Positions 1 through 16,505 of a stretch of DNA of 64,000 nucleotides are shown in pieces. Source of the stretch: Gemmatimonadota bacterium (GTDB lineage Bacteria; Gemmatimonadota; Gemmatimonadetes; Longimicrobiales; Gaopeijiaceae); NCBI GenBank assembly GCA_007120305.1, contig SKNW01000029.1, positions 1,706 to 65,705 on the forward strand, written 5' to 3'. Position numbers and translations under genes: made by a program. How positions within the stretch are numbered: the first letter of the stretch is position 1; the number at the start of each line of letters is the position of its first letter. Below the pieces are notes generated by a model. The model was given only the letters and a program-made list of their open reading frames with translations. It did no database searches and was not told where the DNA came from.

Positions 1-1150
1 CGCGGGCCGCGATGCGCCGGGCCGCGCGCTCGGCGGCCTCGCCGTTGTCGGGAGCAACAAAGCTGACCTCGCGGCGGCAGATCTCCACCACCCACTCCTG
101 AAGGGGGCGAAGCGCGGCCCGGGCATGGGACGCGGCCACCCATTCGTGGAAGTCGGAGGCTTCGTCCTCGATGATCCGCTCGGCCCGGGGGATGGCATCC
201 TGGCGAGCCTCCTCGATGGCGGCCGTCTCGGGGTGCACGTCGTCCAGGTCCGACAGATCGATTCCCGGAAGGAGCGCCACGTCCGGTGCCACGTTCCGGG
301 GCATGGAGAGGTCCACCACCGGAAGGGTCCGAGCCGGCGCACGGGCGGCCAGGACGCGGTGGTCCACCCACGCACCCGGTGCGCCGGTGGCCACGAGAAC
401 TCCGCCGGCCCCGGGGAGGTGCTGGGACAGTTCCTCCAGCCCTCCGGCCTCTCCGCCCCACTCGGCGGCCAGGTCGACGGCACGATCGCGTGTGCGGTTC
501 AGGAGCACCACCTCGACCCCCGGCGTTGCCGCCAGGGCCCGGGCCGCATGGCTCCCGATCTTTCCGGCGCCCAGGACCACGATCCGGCGGGGAGCGCCAT
601 CGGGCAGCTGCTCCAGAAGATGGCGCGCCGCCTCGGATCCGACGGATCGGTGCCCGGCCATGAGCTCGGTCTCGCGGCGGACGCGCTTTCCGGCCCGGAT
701 GGCCGCGTCCAGAAGGCGATGCAGGTGGGGGCCCACTGACCCGGAGGCCTGGGCCTCCCGGTAGGCGCGCCGTACCTGGCCCAGGATGTGAATGTCGCCC
801 AGGATCTGGGACTCGAGCCCTGCGGCGATGCGGAGGAGGTGGCGGGTTCCGGAAAACCCCTGGAGCAGATGCAGCGGGGGCGTGGCGTCCCTCGAATCCT
901 CTCCCACGGCGAGGGCCCAGGCCCGGCCCAGCGCGTCCAGGTGGGACTCGGGGTCCGACGACCAGGTCACGAGGTCGGTTCGGTTGCAGGTGCGGATGAC
1001 GACCAGTTCCGGGACGAGGCGAAGGGCCGACGCTCGGAGTGCCGCCAGGGCCTGGTCGTCGAGGGCCCAGCGCTCCCGCACTTCGACCCGGGCGGTCCGG
1101 AAGTCGAGGCCGATGACGGCCAGCCGGCCGTGCTCGTGGCTCATGCCCAT
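1..1150 (-). CDS. hemA: Glutamyl-tRNA reductase; its C-terminus runs off the left edge of the window
   Basis: My own reverse-strand translation from ATG 1150 (or 1144) gives VVIRTCNRTDLV, GLESQILGDIHILGQVRRAY and RIVVLGAGKIG, all HemA hallmarks. It is absent from the ORF track because no stop lies in the window. The start overlaps the crtE stop (ATGA). Confidence 0.85.
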   Translation of the reverse strand, partial: MGMSHEHGRLAVIGLDFRTARVEVRERWALDDQALAALRASALRLVPELVVIRTCNRTDLVTWSSDPESHLDALGRAWALAVGEDSRDATPPLHLLQGFSGTRHLLRIAAGLESQILGDIHILGQVRRAYREAQASGSVGPHLHRLLDAAIRAGKRVRRETELMAGHRSVGSEAARHLLEQLPDGAPRRIVVLGAGKIGSHAARALAATPGVEVVLLNRTRDRAVDLAAEWGGEAGGLEELSQHLPGAGGVLVATGAPGAWVDHRVLAARAPARTLPVVDLSMPRNVAPDVALLPGIDLSDLDDVHPETAAIEEARQDAIPRAERIIEDEASDFHEWVAASHARAALRPLQEWVVEICRREVSFVAPDNGEAAERAARRIAAR

Positions 1151-2073
1151 TGGCGGGCCTCGCCGGCCAGTGGGAATCCTGCGGCCTTCCGCGCCAGCGC
1201 CTCCAGGAGGAGACGTCCCTCGGCATCGAGCCCGGGCGCCGTCTCGAGATGCCGGATGGCCCGGCCCAGAAGCCGTTCGCTCTGGGCCCGGGGGGACCGG
1301 CCCCCGGCGCCCTTCCCCAGGCGGCCGTCTTCCTTCCAGTCCTGCACGTCGTCGGCCAGCTGATAGGCCCAGCCCAGGTCCCGGCCGAAGCGGACCAGGG
1401 CGTCGCGGGTTTCGACTTCGGCCCCGGCGCACCGGGCGCCAGCCTCCAGGGCCAGCGAGGAGAGGGACGTGGTCTTCTTCCGGTGGAGTCGGCGGGGGGC
1501 CCCGCCCTGCATGAAGGCCCCCGTCAGGTCCACCGCCTGGCCACCTGACATGCCGGCGAGACCGAAGGCTTCGCCCCATGACGACGCAAGGGCGCCGCCT
1601 TCGCCGGGGACCCGGCCCAGGAGCTCCGCCGCCCGACCCAGAAGGGCGAGGGCCACCAGGATCGCCCCTCCGGTTCCGACCTGGAGGTGGGTCGAGGGGA
1701 CGCCCCGGCGATCCGCGGCGTCATCCATGCACGGAAGGTCGTCCAGGACCAGCGACGCCGTGTGGGTGAGCTCCACCGCGACGGCCGCCGGAATCGCGGC
1801 CTCCACGGTTCCTCCGGCGGCCCGGGCGGCGGCCAGGGTCAGGAGGGGACGCCAGCGGCTTCCGGGTGCGCCCTCCACCCCGACGGCGCGCCGAAGGGCC
1901 ATCTCCACCACGGGGGTGAGCCCCGCAGGCGCGGTCACCGAGGCGGCGAGGGCGGCCTCGAACGCCGGCAGGACCTCTCCGGTGAAGCGGGTGAGGGGGC
2001 CCTCCGGCACGGAACTCCGGAGCGGACCGCCCCCGGGTTTCGGGCGGGAGGGGGAGGGCATCCGCTCGTTCAT
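1141..2073 (-). CDS. crtE: Geranylgeranyl diphosphate synthase (polyprenyl synthetase)
   Basis: 310-aa ORF with both Asp-rich motifs (LVLDDLPCMDDAADRRG and YQLADDVQD). ATGA overlap with the bchP stop. Confidence 0.85.
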   Translation of the reverse strand: MNERMPSPSRPKPGGGPLRSSVPEGPLTRFTGEVLPAFEAALAASVTAPAGLTPVVEMALRRAVGVEGAPGSRWRPLLTLAAARAAGGTVEAAIPAAVAVELTHTASLVLDDLPCMDDAADRRGVPSTHLQVGTGGAILVALALLGRAAELLGRVPGEGGALASSWGEAFGLAGMSGGQAVDLTGAFMQGGAPRRLHRKKTTSLSSLALEAGARCAGAEVETRDALVRFGRDLGWAYQLADDVQDWKEDGRLGKGAGGRSPRAQSERLLGRAIRHLETAPGLDAEGRLLLEALARKAAGFPLAGEARQWA

Positions 2074-3257
2074 GGCGATACCAGTCCCGTCAGATGGCCG
2101 ATGTTCTTGAAGAAGATCCGGGCGTGGGCCAGGGGGCGGGCCTTGACCAGTTCCTTCTGCATGTAGCCCTCGAAGGTGAGCTCCTGGACGTCCCGGTCCC
2201 GGCAGATGGCGACGAAGCGCTCCCGCCGGTTGTCGGTGGTATACCAGAAGTCCTGCATGATCCCCAGGACCCGGAAGACCATGCCGTGGGTGCGGAGAAA
2301 CCGCTTCCGGGCCCGCGCCAGCGCCTTCGGGTTCCCGGTTTCGAACATCTCGTGGACGGCCCGGGCTGCCACGCGTCCCCCCGTCATGGCGTAGAAGATG
2401 CCCTCGCCCGAGGACGGGGCCACGACCCCGGCGGCATCACCGGCAAGGATCACGTCCCGTCCGTTGTCCCAGCGCGGGAGGGGCTTGAGGGGGATCGGGG
2501 CCCCTTCCTTCTTGATGGTCCGGAGCTTGTCGAGGCCGGTGTCGCGCCGGAGGTCGGCAATGGCACCCCGCATGTCGAAGCCCTTCTGCTCCGTGCCCGT
2601 GCCGATGCTCGTGGTCCCGCCATGGGGAAAGACCCAGGAGTAGAAATCCGGGGAGAACCGCCCGTCGTAGTAGACGTCGCACCGGGCTGGGCCAAAGACC
2701 TCCGACGGCTCGCTGGGCGACTCGACGATTTCGTGGTAGGCGAAGACGTAGCGGGCCTTGTCGGCGCGCCGGATCGTCTGGCGAGCCACCTGGGAGAGGG
2801 CGCCGTCCGCCCCTATCACCACCCTGGCCCGCACCCTGCGCTCCTCGCCGGACCGGGATCCACCCTCGTTGTAGCGCACGATGGGGGCACCCGTGCCCGC
2901 GTCGTCCACGGCCACGAAGTTCCCCCGGACCCGGTGCGCCCCCCGGGCCTCTGCCCGTGTCCTCAGCCACTCGTCGAAGGGGCCCCGGTCCACCATCCCC
3001 ACGAAGCCGTCCCCCACCGGAATGTCCACGCGCTTGCCCGTGGGCGAGAGGATCCGGGCGGTGTCCACCCGGGCCACCAGCATTTCCTCCGGGACCTCGA
3101 ACTCCTCCAGGAGGCGGGGTGGGACGGCGCCGCCGCAGGGTTTCACCCGACCCTGCCGGTCCAGGAGCATCACCTTGTACCCCAGCGTGGCCAGGTCACA
3201 GGCGGCCGTGGCCCCCGAGGGGCCTCCTCCTACGACAACGGCGTCATACGTCTCCAT
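2070..3257 (-). CDS. bchP: Geranylgeranyl diphosphate/bacteriochlorophyll reductase
   Basis: 395 aa with an N-terminal FAD fold (YDAVVVGGGPSGATAA) and family-typical length. Sits in the bchG-pucC-bchP context. Confidence 0.9.
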   Translation of the reverse strand: METYDAVVVGGGPSGATAACDLATLGYKVMLLDRQGRVKPCGGAVPPRLLEEFEVPEEMLVARVDTARILSPTGKRVDIPVGDGFVGMVDRGPFDEWLRTRAEARGAHRVRGNFVAVDDAGTGAPIVRYNEGGSRSGEERRVRARVVIGADGALSQVARQTIRRADKARYVFAYHEIVESPSEPSEVFGPARCDVYYDGRFSPDFYSWVFPHGGTTSIGTGTEQKGFDMRGAIADLRRDTGLDKLRTIKKEGAPIPLKPLPRWDNGRDVILAGDAAGVVAPSSGEGIFYAMTGGRVAARAVHEMFETGNPKALARARKRFLRTHGMVFRVLGIMQDFWYTTDNRRERFVAICRDRDVQELTFEGYMQKELVKARPLAHARIFFKNIGHLTGLVSP

Positions 3258-3309
3258 CAGGTGTCTCCAGCTGTTCGGGGATGCAGGGCAGGGGGAGCGA
3301 AGGTGAGGC

Positions 3310-4647
3310 TCATGCGGGCTCCGAGAGGGCCATGCCCTGGCGAATGGGTTCGATTCCCCGGGCGCGGCTCGCGGCCCGGACGCTCAGGACGATGCCGGCG
3401 GCCGCCACGAAGAGGACCGCCTCCAGGAGGAAGACCAGGATGTACCCGGCGGCCGGCGAGCCCAGGAAGGCCCGGGCCAGGTCCGAAAGGGCCGCGCCCA
3501 GGAAGCCTCCGAGGCCGTAGGCCATGGCCTGGGCCGCTCCCCAGAAGCCCATGCGAAGCCCTGCCCCTCCGGCCTTCCCCTTGACCGTGAGGCCCATCAT
3601 GGCCCCGATGGCGGACACGGCGAAGACCCCGTTGGCGATGCCGAGGGCGAAGACCGAGGCCTTCATCCCCTCCACGGAACCCAGCGCCGGCATCATGGCC
3701 AGGGCCACGAGCGCGGCGGCCGAGCCCAGGCAGCCGGCGGCAGCCCAGCGGGGAAGGGTGCTGAAGCGGGCGGCGCCGAGGGCGCCGAGGAGCATCCCCA
3801 GCAGGGCCCCGCCGTGCTGCATTCCCGCCACCCGCGTCGACTCTCCGGGGGTCATCCCGAAAATCGCTCCGGCGAAGGGCTCCAGGATGATCTCCTGGGC
3901 CGAATAGGCCAGCATGGACACGAAAATGAAGATGGCAAACCGGCGGGACTGGGGGTCGTCCCACATGGCCCGGAAGGTCTCGCCGAAGGTGGCGTCACGG
4001 CCGTCCGACCGTGCCGTGCCCCGAAAGGCGTTGACCACGATGCCGTCGGCCCGTCCCCAGACGGCCACGACGGACGCCAGGAAGGCGAGGCCGCAGACAC
4101 CGCCGGTGACGGCCAGCATCCGGGTGTAGGAGAAGGGGTCCAGAAGGGTGCCGGCCACGCCCGCGGTGAGGATCATCCCCGCGATCATGAGGATCCAGAA
4201 GAGCGCGGCGGCGCCGGCCATCCGGGTCTCCTCCACCCGTTCCGCCAGGAAGGCGAGGAGAGGGGTCGAGGCGGCGCTGATCCCGACGCCGAGACCCAGG
4301 AAGGAGAAGACGGCGAGGGTGATTCCCCACCCGGTGTGAACGCTGATGAGGGCCGTGGCGCCGGCGGCGCCGAAGCCCGACACGGCCACCACCGCCATGC
4401 CGCCCAGCATCCAGTTGATGCGCCGCCCCCCGGCATCCGAGAGGAATCCCATCCGGGGACGGAGGAGCTGGATCGCGAAGTGAAGGGCCACCAGGGCCCC
4501 CGGGATCGAAGCGGCGAGTCCGAGCTCCACCACCATGACCCGGTTCAGCGTCGAGGTCATGATGACCATGACCGACCCGATGGCGACCTGCACCAGCGCC
4601 AGGCGGGCGATGCTGAGCCAGGTGAGGGGAGTGGCACCCGTGGTCAT
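3310..4647 (-). CDS. PucC/LhaA-family MFS protein (the 'bch2/orf428' position between bchG and bchP)
   Basis: 445-aa polytopic membrane protein. Its N-terminus (LARLALVQVAIGSVMVIMTSTLNRVMVVELG) resembles the lhaA paralogue in this window. Confidence 0.8.
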   Translation of the reverse strand: MTTGATPLTWLSIARLALVQVAIGSVMVIMTSTLNRVMVVELGLAASIPGALVALHFAIQLLRPRMGFLSDAGGRRINWMLGGMAVVAVSGFGAAGATALISVHTGWGITLAVFSFLGLGVGISAASTPLLAFLAERVEETRMAGAAALFWILMIAGMILTAGVAGTLLDPFSYTRMLAVTGGVCGLAFLASVVAVWGRADGIVVNAFRGTARSDGRDATFGETFRAMWDDPQSRRFAIFIFVSMLAYSAQEIILEPFAGAIFGMTPGESTRVAGMQHGGALLGMLLGALGAARFSTLPRWAAAGCLGSAAALVALAMMPALGSVEGMKASVFALGIANGVFAVSAIGAMMGLTVKGKAGGAGLRMGFWGAAQAMAYGLGGFLGAALSDLARAFLGSPAAGYILVFLLEAVLFVAAAGIVLSVRAASRARGIEPIRQGMALSEPA

Positions 4648-4649
4648 GG

Positions 4650-5573
4650 TCAGGCCCCCATTCCGCGAAGGGCGAAGGCCGCGAACATCATGCCGAGGAC
4701 GAAGAGGGGAACGCCGAATCCCGAGTACCAGAGGGCCCGCTCCTGCGGGGCCTGGAGGAACCGGTGGAGCATGGGGATCTGGATGAGGAGGAGAATCCCG
4801 ATGCCCAGGGCATGAACCGGGCGCCCCCAGGGGGCCATCAGGAGGAGCACGGCCATCTGGGCGGCCACCATGACGCCCGCTGCGACCCAGGCGGCCCGCT
4901 CCGCCCCGAGCGAGGCAGGGAGAGACCGGATGCCCATCCGGCGGTCGCCCTCGATGGCCTTGAAGTCATTCAGGGTCATGATCCCGTGCGCTCCGAGAGA
5001 GTACATCAGTGCCACCACCAGGATCGGGACACCGGGGAGCTGCCCGCCCAGGAGGACGGCGGCACCGGTGACCCAGGCCAGCCCTTCATAGGAGACGCCC
5101 ACGGCCAGGTTGCCGATCCACCCGTTCTGCTTGAACCGGAGGGGAGGGGCCGAGTACGCCCACGCCAGGACCAGGGCCACGAGCGTGGCGATGAACCCCC
5201 AGGTGCCGAGGAACCATCCCGCCGCCGCGGAGACGGCCGTCCATCCCAGCGCCAGTCCCAGTCCCCACCGACCGGGGATTCGCCCCGAGGGGATCGGTCG
5301 CTTCGGCTCATTGATCGCATCCACCTCTCGGTCGTACCAGTCATTGACCGCCTGGCTCGTCGCGCAGACCAGCGGTCCCGCCACCATCATTCCCAGGAGC
5401 ACCACCGGCCATCGCTCGCCGGGCGCCGCTCCCGAGGACACCGCCCCGCAGAGGAAGGCCCACATGGGTGGAAACCACGTGACCGGCTTGAAGAGCTCCA
5501 GCACGGCACCCGGATCTGGAAGGGTGCGGGCCTCGGCGGGTCCTTCAGAGTGTAATCTTTGGTGGACGGTCAT
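4650..5573 (-). CDS. bchG: Bacteriochlorophyll a synthase (UbiA prenyltransferase family)
   Basis: UbiA-type motifs (NDWYDREVDAINEPKRPIPSG). The track start at 5582 is TTG; an ATG at 5573 gives MTVHQRL. The stop lies 2 nt before the pucC-like start. Confidence 0.9.
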   Translation of the reverse strand: MTVHQRLHSEGPAEARTLPDPGAVLELFKPVTWFPPMWAFLCGAVSSGAAPGERWPVVLLGMMVAGPLVCATSQAVNDWYDREVDAINEPKRPIPSGRIPGRWGLGLALGWTAVSAAAGWFLGTWGFIATLVALVLAWAYSAPPLRFKQNGWIGNLAVGVSYEGLAWVTGAAVLLGGQLPGVPILVVALMYSLGAHGIMTLNDFKAIEGDRRMGIRSLPASLGAERAAWVAAGVMVAAQMAVLLLMAPWGRPVHALGIGILLLIQIPMLHRFLQAPQERALWYSGFGVPLFVLGMMFAAFALRGMGA

Positions 5574-5576
5574 GTT

Positions 5577-5594
5577 CGTCAAGAAAAATTGACA
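5577..5594. promoter_or_regulatory. PpsR-like 18-mer CGTCAAGAAAAATTGACA (CGT-N12-ACA) in the ppsR-bchG spacer
   Basis: Near-palindrome GTCAA-N6-TTGAC. It shares the TGTCAA...TT(G/A)ACA pattern with the bchC operators and has one mismatch to TGT-N12-ACA. Confidence 0.4.
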
Positions 5595-5646
5595 ATCGGT
5601 CGGAAAAAAAGGGAGGGGCGGCCCGGAGACACCGACGGAAGGGAGG

Positions 5647-7062
5647 TCAGGTGTCGCCTCCGTCCACGTCGTAGCGCCGAAGTTTGGTGTAGAGCGATTG
5701 TCGACTTACCCCCAGGATCTCTGCGGCGGCGGTGCGGTTGCCATCGGTCAGCTTGAGGGCGGACTCGATGAAGTGCGCCTCGACGATTCCCACGGTGTCC
5801 TGGACGAGCTGCTTCAGCGAAACCTTTCCCACCTGGTCGGTGAGCTGCTCCACCGCCCGGGAGAGGTCCCGGTGCCCGGAAAGGGCGCCCTCGGTCCAGA
5901 TGCGTCGGCTCACATTCCGGATCGTGACGCCGATGCAGGGGGGATCGGCGCCCTCGATTCCGGTGGCCGACAGCTCCACCTCCGACTCCATGTCCAGCGC
6001 CGAATTCAGCGTGGTGGGGAAGAGCCGGACCTCGCCGAACTTCTCCAGGTTGGTCAGGAGCACCGTCATGTCGGCTCCCGGACGACCGAGCCAGCGTCCG
6101 AGACTGAGGCCCGTCAGGTCCTCCTCGGCCGGCACCTGCACCAGGGTCCGGAAGGCACGGTTGGCCATGAGAACCCGGGCATCCCGGTCCGTGACCACGA
6201 AGGGGTCGGGACCGTACTCGAGGAGCCGGGTGGGGTTCAGGCCGGCCGGCGCCGGGGTTACATCCTGTGTGAGGCCCCGGATCTCCTGGAGGTGGACGAG
6301 CAGGATGCCGTCCCTCTCCTCGCGGATTACCGCGGCCTCGAGTCGCCAGCCGTCGCCGCTTCCCAGGTCCAGCCCCACCGTCTCGGCGCGGCCCCGATCC
6401 CGGACCCCCTCCAGGTGGCGGCGGACATCCTCGTGGGTGCGCTCGCTCATGGTGAGGTCATCGGGGAAGACCCGGCCGGTCAGCTTCCTGGGGGGGACAC
6501 CAAAAGCCTGTCCCGCGGCCCGATTCGCGTCGAGGATGCGGCGGGAGGGGGCATCCAGAACCAGGAGAGCCTCGGAGGAGCGCTGGAAGAGCAGGCGGTA
6601 CCGGGTCTCCATCTGCCGAAGGCGCCAGTAGTCCCGCTCCAGCGCCTGCTGGGCCTCCACGAGGCGGCGCTGCAGGTCGGAAAGGGACTGGAGATTCCGC
6701 CCGAGAATGAGAAATCCGGCGTTGTCATCCAGCAGGATCCCCGTGTACCCGATGGGGAAGTCGGCGCCTCCGGGGAGTGTCTGGTTGAGCTGGCGCGTTC
6801 GGGAGAGCCCGTGCTCGCGCGCATCATCCAGGAGCATCCCCACCTTGCTTCGGGTGTCGGGGAGGACCGTGTCGGCCCACATCTTTCCGACCCACTCCCG
6901 CAGGTTCTCCTCGATCAGCGAGGAATCCCTGTACACGTCCACGACCCGCCCGGACGGATCCAGGCGAAGGACCAGGTCGGCCGAGGCTCGCACGACGCGG
7001 TCGAGGACCGGCGCAGTGGTCCCCGTCAGGGGGGCTGTCGGGCTTTGAGAATTCCCGGTCAC
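5647..7062 (-). CDS. ppsR: Photosynthesis gene repressor PpsR/CrtJ (PAS domains plus C-terminal Fis-type HTH)
   Basis: 471 aa with a C-terminal HTH (NRTAAAEILGVSRQSLYTKLRRY). Sits between ppaA and bchG as in other PGCs. GTG start. Confidence 0.9.
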   Translation of the reverse strand: MTGNSQSPTAPLTGTTAPVLDRVVRASADLVLRLDPSGRVVDVYRDSSLIEENLREWVGKMWADTVLPDTRSKVGMLLDDAREHGLSRTRQLNQTLPGGADFPIGYTGILLDDNAGFLILGRNLQSLSDLQRRLVEAQQALERDYWRLRQMETRYRLLFQRSSEALLVLDAPSRRILDANRAAGQAFGVPPRKLTGRVFPDDLTMSERTHEDVRRHLEGVRDRGRAETVGLDLGSGDGWRLEAAVIREERDGILLVHLQEIRGLTQDVTPAPAGLNPTRLLEYGPDPFVVTDRDARVLMANRAFRTLVQVPAEEDLTGLSLGRWLGRPGADMTVLLTNLEKFGEVRLFPTTLNSALDMESEVELSATGIEGADPPCIGVTIRNVSRRIWTEGALSGHRDLSRAVEQLTDQVGKVSLKQLVQDTVGIVEAHFIESALKLTDGNRTAAAEILGVSRQSLYTKLRRYDVDGGDT

Positions 7063-7134
7063 TGTAAACCTGATCCGGTCATCGAGGCGGGAGGTCGGCC
7101 GGCAGAAGCGCCGGGTCGACCCAATCCGCGACCT

Positions 7135-7929
7135 CTAGAAAAAGGCCCGCGCCACCTCGGGCGCGAGACGGGCATCCACGGAGGCGGCATCGGCCCCCAC
7201 GGCATCCACGAGATCCGGCTGAAACAGAAGAGCCGGACCCCCAACGATCACGCCCACCGCCGGGTTCCGGGACCGGCGGCGGATCCGGCGGATCTCCTCC
7301 TTGACCTGCCCGACACCGTCGGTCAGCGAAAGGGAGAGCCCGACCACGTGCACGAACCGGGAGGCCACGAGGTCGGGGGTGGGTGTGAGTTCAAACGGAG
7401 CTCCGAAGCAGACGGACCAGGAAGCGGCCTGGAAGAATTCGGCCACCATGAGCATCCCCAGTGTGTGGCTCTGCCCCGACGGGGAGGCCAGCAGGAGCAC
7501 GGGCCTTCCTCCCTCGGCGATGGGCTCTTCCGAAGGGATCTGACCGCCGAGGGATCGAACGATTCTCTGGAGGCGTCCGGTGGCCAGCGTCACATCCACG
7601 AAGTCGCATCGGTCGTCGGCCCAGTCCTCGCCGATCTCCCGGGCTGCCGGGGCGGCCAGCTCCACCAGGAACCGGTCGGCGGTAATCCCCTTCCGGAGCA
7701 TGCTGGAGACGTAGGCGTCCAGCGCCGTTTCGTCGAAACCCCTGAGAACGGTGACAAAACGGCGAATCTCGGCGTCGTCGAGTTCCTGGCCGAGGCGCGG
7801 GCCACGGCTTCCCGCCGGATCCCCCGGCTCGAATCGCGCAGAACAGACGTCATGCGCGAAGGAGTCCCGGCTCAGCCTGGGGTTTTTCCCTCGGGCTCCG
7901 CCTTTTTCGCGGCTTTCTTGAGGTTCCAT
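7135..7929 (-). CDS. ppaA: Cobalamin-binding antirepressor PpaA/AerR
   Basis: B12-binding domain with an SxHxxG variant (SGQSHTLGMLMV). Located immediately upstream of ppsR. Start is uncertain: ATG 7929 (MEPQES...) or TTG 8034. Confidence 0.75.
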   Translation of the reverse strand: MEPQESREKGGARGKNPRLSRDSFAHDVCSARFEPGDPAGSRGPRLGQELDDAEIRRFVTVLRGFDETALDAYVSSMLRKGITADRFLVELAAPAAREIGEDWADDRCDFVDVTLATGRLQRIVRSLGGQIPSEEPIAEGGRPVLLLASPSGQSHTLGMLMVAEFFQAASWSVCFGAPFELTPTPDLVASRFVHVVGLSLSLTDGVGQVKEEIRRIRRRSRNPAVGVIVGGPALLFQPDLVDAVGADAASVDARLAPEVARAFF

Positions 7930-8028
7930 GGTCCGTTCCAGCGCCGGCAGGTTGCGCGGTGACGAGACGATCCAGCCCTCCCGTCCGTCCTCCGATTCTC
8001 CCCCTTCAATAATGTCCTCTGAGCTGGA

Positions 8029-8046
8029 CGTCAATATTTCTTGACA
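8029..8046. promoter_or_regulatory. PpsR-like 18-mer CGTCAATATTTCTTGACA overlapping the bchF -35 box
   Basis: CGT-N12-ACA; inverted GTCAA-N6-TTGAC. Lies in the ppaA/bchF divergent region. Confidence 0.45.
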
Positions 8047-8070
8047 CAGCGATTCAACCCGCCCTATACT
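8041..8070 (+). promoter_or_regulatory. Sigma70-like promoter for the bchF superoperon
   Basis: TTGACA (8041-8046), an 18-nt spacer, then TATACT (8065-8070), about 60 nt upstream of the bchF ATG. Confidence 0.55.
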
Positions 8071-8072
8071 GA

Positions 8073-10202
<2,130 letters not shown>

Positions 10203-10204
10203 CC

Positions 10205-11947
10205 GTGCAGCTCACGATCTGGACCTACGAGGGCCCGCCGCACGTTGGGGCCATGCGGGTGGCCACGGGGATGAAGGACGTGCATTACGTCCTTCACGCC
10301 CCCCAGGGCGATACCTACGCCGACCTCCTCTTCACCATGATCGAGCGGCGGGATCACCGCCCACCGGTGACCTACACCACCTTCCAGGCCCAGGACCTGG
10401 GGGGGGACACGGCGGGGATGGTGAAGCAGTCGGTGCGCGATGCCTACGAGCGCTTTCGCCCCCAGGCCCTCCTGGTGGGGGCCTCGTGCACGGCGGAACT
10501 CATCCAGGACGATCCGGGGGGGCTGGCCGAGACGCTGAACCTCCCGGTTCCCGTGGTCCCCCTGGAGCTCCCCTCCTACCAGCGCAAGGAGAACTGGGGG
10601 GCGTCCGAGACGTTCTACCAGCTGCTCCGGGCCATGGCCCTGCCGCATGCACCTCCTCCGGGGACGGAGCGTCTCCCGGTGGTCGAGCGCTGGCAGACGG
10701 AAGGCCGCCGCCCCAGCTGCAACCTCCTGGGTCCAACGGCGCTGGGGTTCCGGCACCGGGACGACGTGATCGAGGTCACGCGCCTGCTGGACGCCATCGG
10801 CGTGGATGTGAGCGTCGTGGCCCCCATGACCTCCTCGCCCGCCGACCTGGCCCGCCTGGGTGACGCCGACGTCAACGTGGTCCTCTACCCCGAGGTCGGA
10901 GGGCAGGCCGCGACGTGGCTCGAACGCACCTTCCGGCAACCCGTGGTGCGCACGGTCCCCATCGGCGTGGGAGCCACCCGGGACTTTGTCCGGGAGATGG
11001 CGGAGGTGACCGGGCTCGACGTGGACGAGGCGCTGCGGATCGTGGAGACCAGGCTCCCGAGCCGGATGCCGTGGTGGTCCCGCTCGGTGGACTCCACGTA
11101 CCTCACCGACAAGCGGGTCTTCATCTTCGGGGATGCCACCCACGCCGTGGCCGCGGCCCGGGTGGCCTCGGAGGAGCTGGGCTTCCAGGTGGTGGGACTC
11201 GGATGCTACAACCGGGAGTTCGCCCGGGAGGTCCGAACCGCGGCCAAGGCGCTGGGGATCGAACCCCTCATCACCGACGACTACCTGGAGGTGGAGGACG
11301 CCATCCGCGAGGCGGCGCCGGAGCTCGTGCTGGGCACCCAGATGGAGCGGCACATCGCGAAGCGCCTGGGGCTCTTCTGCACCGTGATCTCGGCTCCTGT
11401 CCACGTCCAGGACTTCCCGGCCCGCTACTCCCCGCAGATGGGACCGGAAGGGGCCAACGTCATCTTCGACAGCTGGGTCCACCCGCTCATGATGGGGCTC
11501 GAGGAGCACCTCCTGGGGATGTTCCAGGACGACTTCGAGTTCGCCAATGACCGGGGGCCGTCCCACCTTCACGCCGAGGCCCCGGCGGCCCCGGTGCTCT
11601 CCATGGCCACCGAGCCGGAGGGGGCCAACGCGGGGGAGGGTGCGCTTCGAGCGGCAGCGGTTCCGGCCGCTGCCGGGGCTGGCCCTCATGCCAGCAACCA
11701 GGCCCCCGATCCGGCCGGAGCCCAGGCCGCCGCGGCGTCGTCGGCCGAAGCGCCCGGCGTCGGGACAGCCGCGTCCGCCGGAGCACCGTCGTGGACGGCT
11801 GACGCCGAGCAGGAACTGAAGAAGATTCCCTTCTTCGTCCGTGGGAAGGTGCGCCGGAACACCGAGTCCTTCGCCGCCGAGCGAGGGATTCCCACCATCA
11901 CGGTCGACACCATGTACGACGCCAAGGCCCACTTCGGGAATCGCTGA
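10205..11947 (+). CDS. bchB: Light-independent protochlorophyllide reductase subunit B
   Basis: N-terminus [20 protein letters not shown] (GTG start) and C-terminus [16 protein letters not shown]. An Ala/Pro-rich linker precedes the C-terminal domain. Confidence 0.9.
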   Translation: MQLTIWTYEGPPHVGAMRVATGMKDVHYVLHAPQGDTYADLLFTMIERRDHRPPVTYTTFQAQDLGGDTAGMVKQSVRDAYERFRPQALLVGASCTAELIQDDPGGLAETLNLPVPVVPLELPSYQRKENWGASETFYQLLRAMALPHAPPPGTERLPVVERWQTEGRRPSCNLLGPTALGFRHRDDVIEVTRLLDAIGVDVSVVAPMTSSPADLARLGDADVNVVLYPEVGGQAATWLERTFRQPVVRTVPIGVGATRDFVREMAEVTGLDVDEALRIVETRLPSRMPWWSRSVDSTYLTDKRVFIFGDATHAVAAARVASEELGFQVVGLGCYNREFAREVRTAAKALGIEPLITDDYLEVEDAIREAAPELVLGTQMERHIAKRLGLFCTVISAPVHVQDFPARYSPQMGPEGANVIFDSWVHPLMMGLEEHLLGMFQDDFEFANDRGPSHLHAEAPAAPVLSMATEPEGANAGEGALRAAAVPAAAGAGPHASNQAPDPAGAQAAAASSAEAPGVGTAASAGAPSWTADAEQELKKIPFFVRGKVRRNTESFAAERGIPTITVDTMYDAKAHFGNR

Positions 11948-11955
11948 ACCGACCC

Positions 11956-16504
<4,549 letters not shown>

Positions 16505-16505
<1 letters not shown>

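Noticed and set aside
5604-5610. A7 run (T7 on the coding strand) in the ppsR-bchG spacer, considered as a rho-independent terminator tail.
   Set aside because: I could not find a stable GC-rich inverted repeat immediately upstream of the T-run on the minus strand.
8013-8030. TGT-N12-ACG near-matches to the PpsR consensus; a second one lies at 5551-5568.
   Set aside because: The right half-site is wrong (ACG rather than ACA). They lack the GTCAA/TTGAC arms shared by the four better sites, and the second lies inside the bchG coding sequence.
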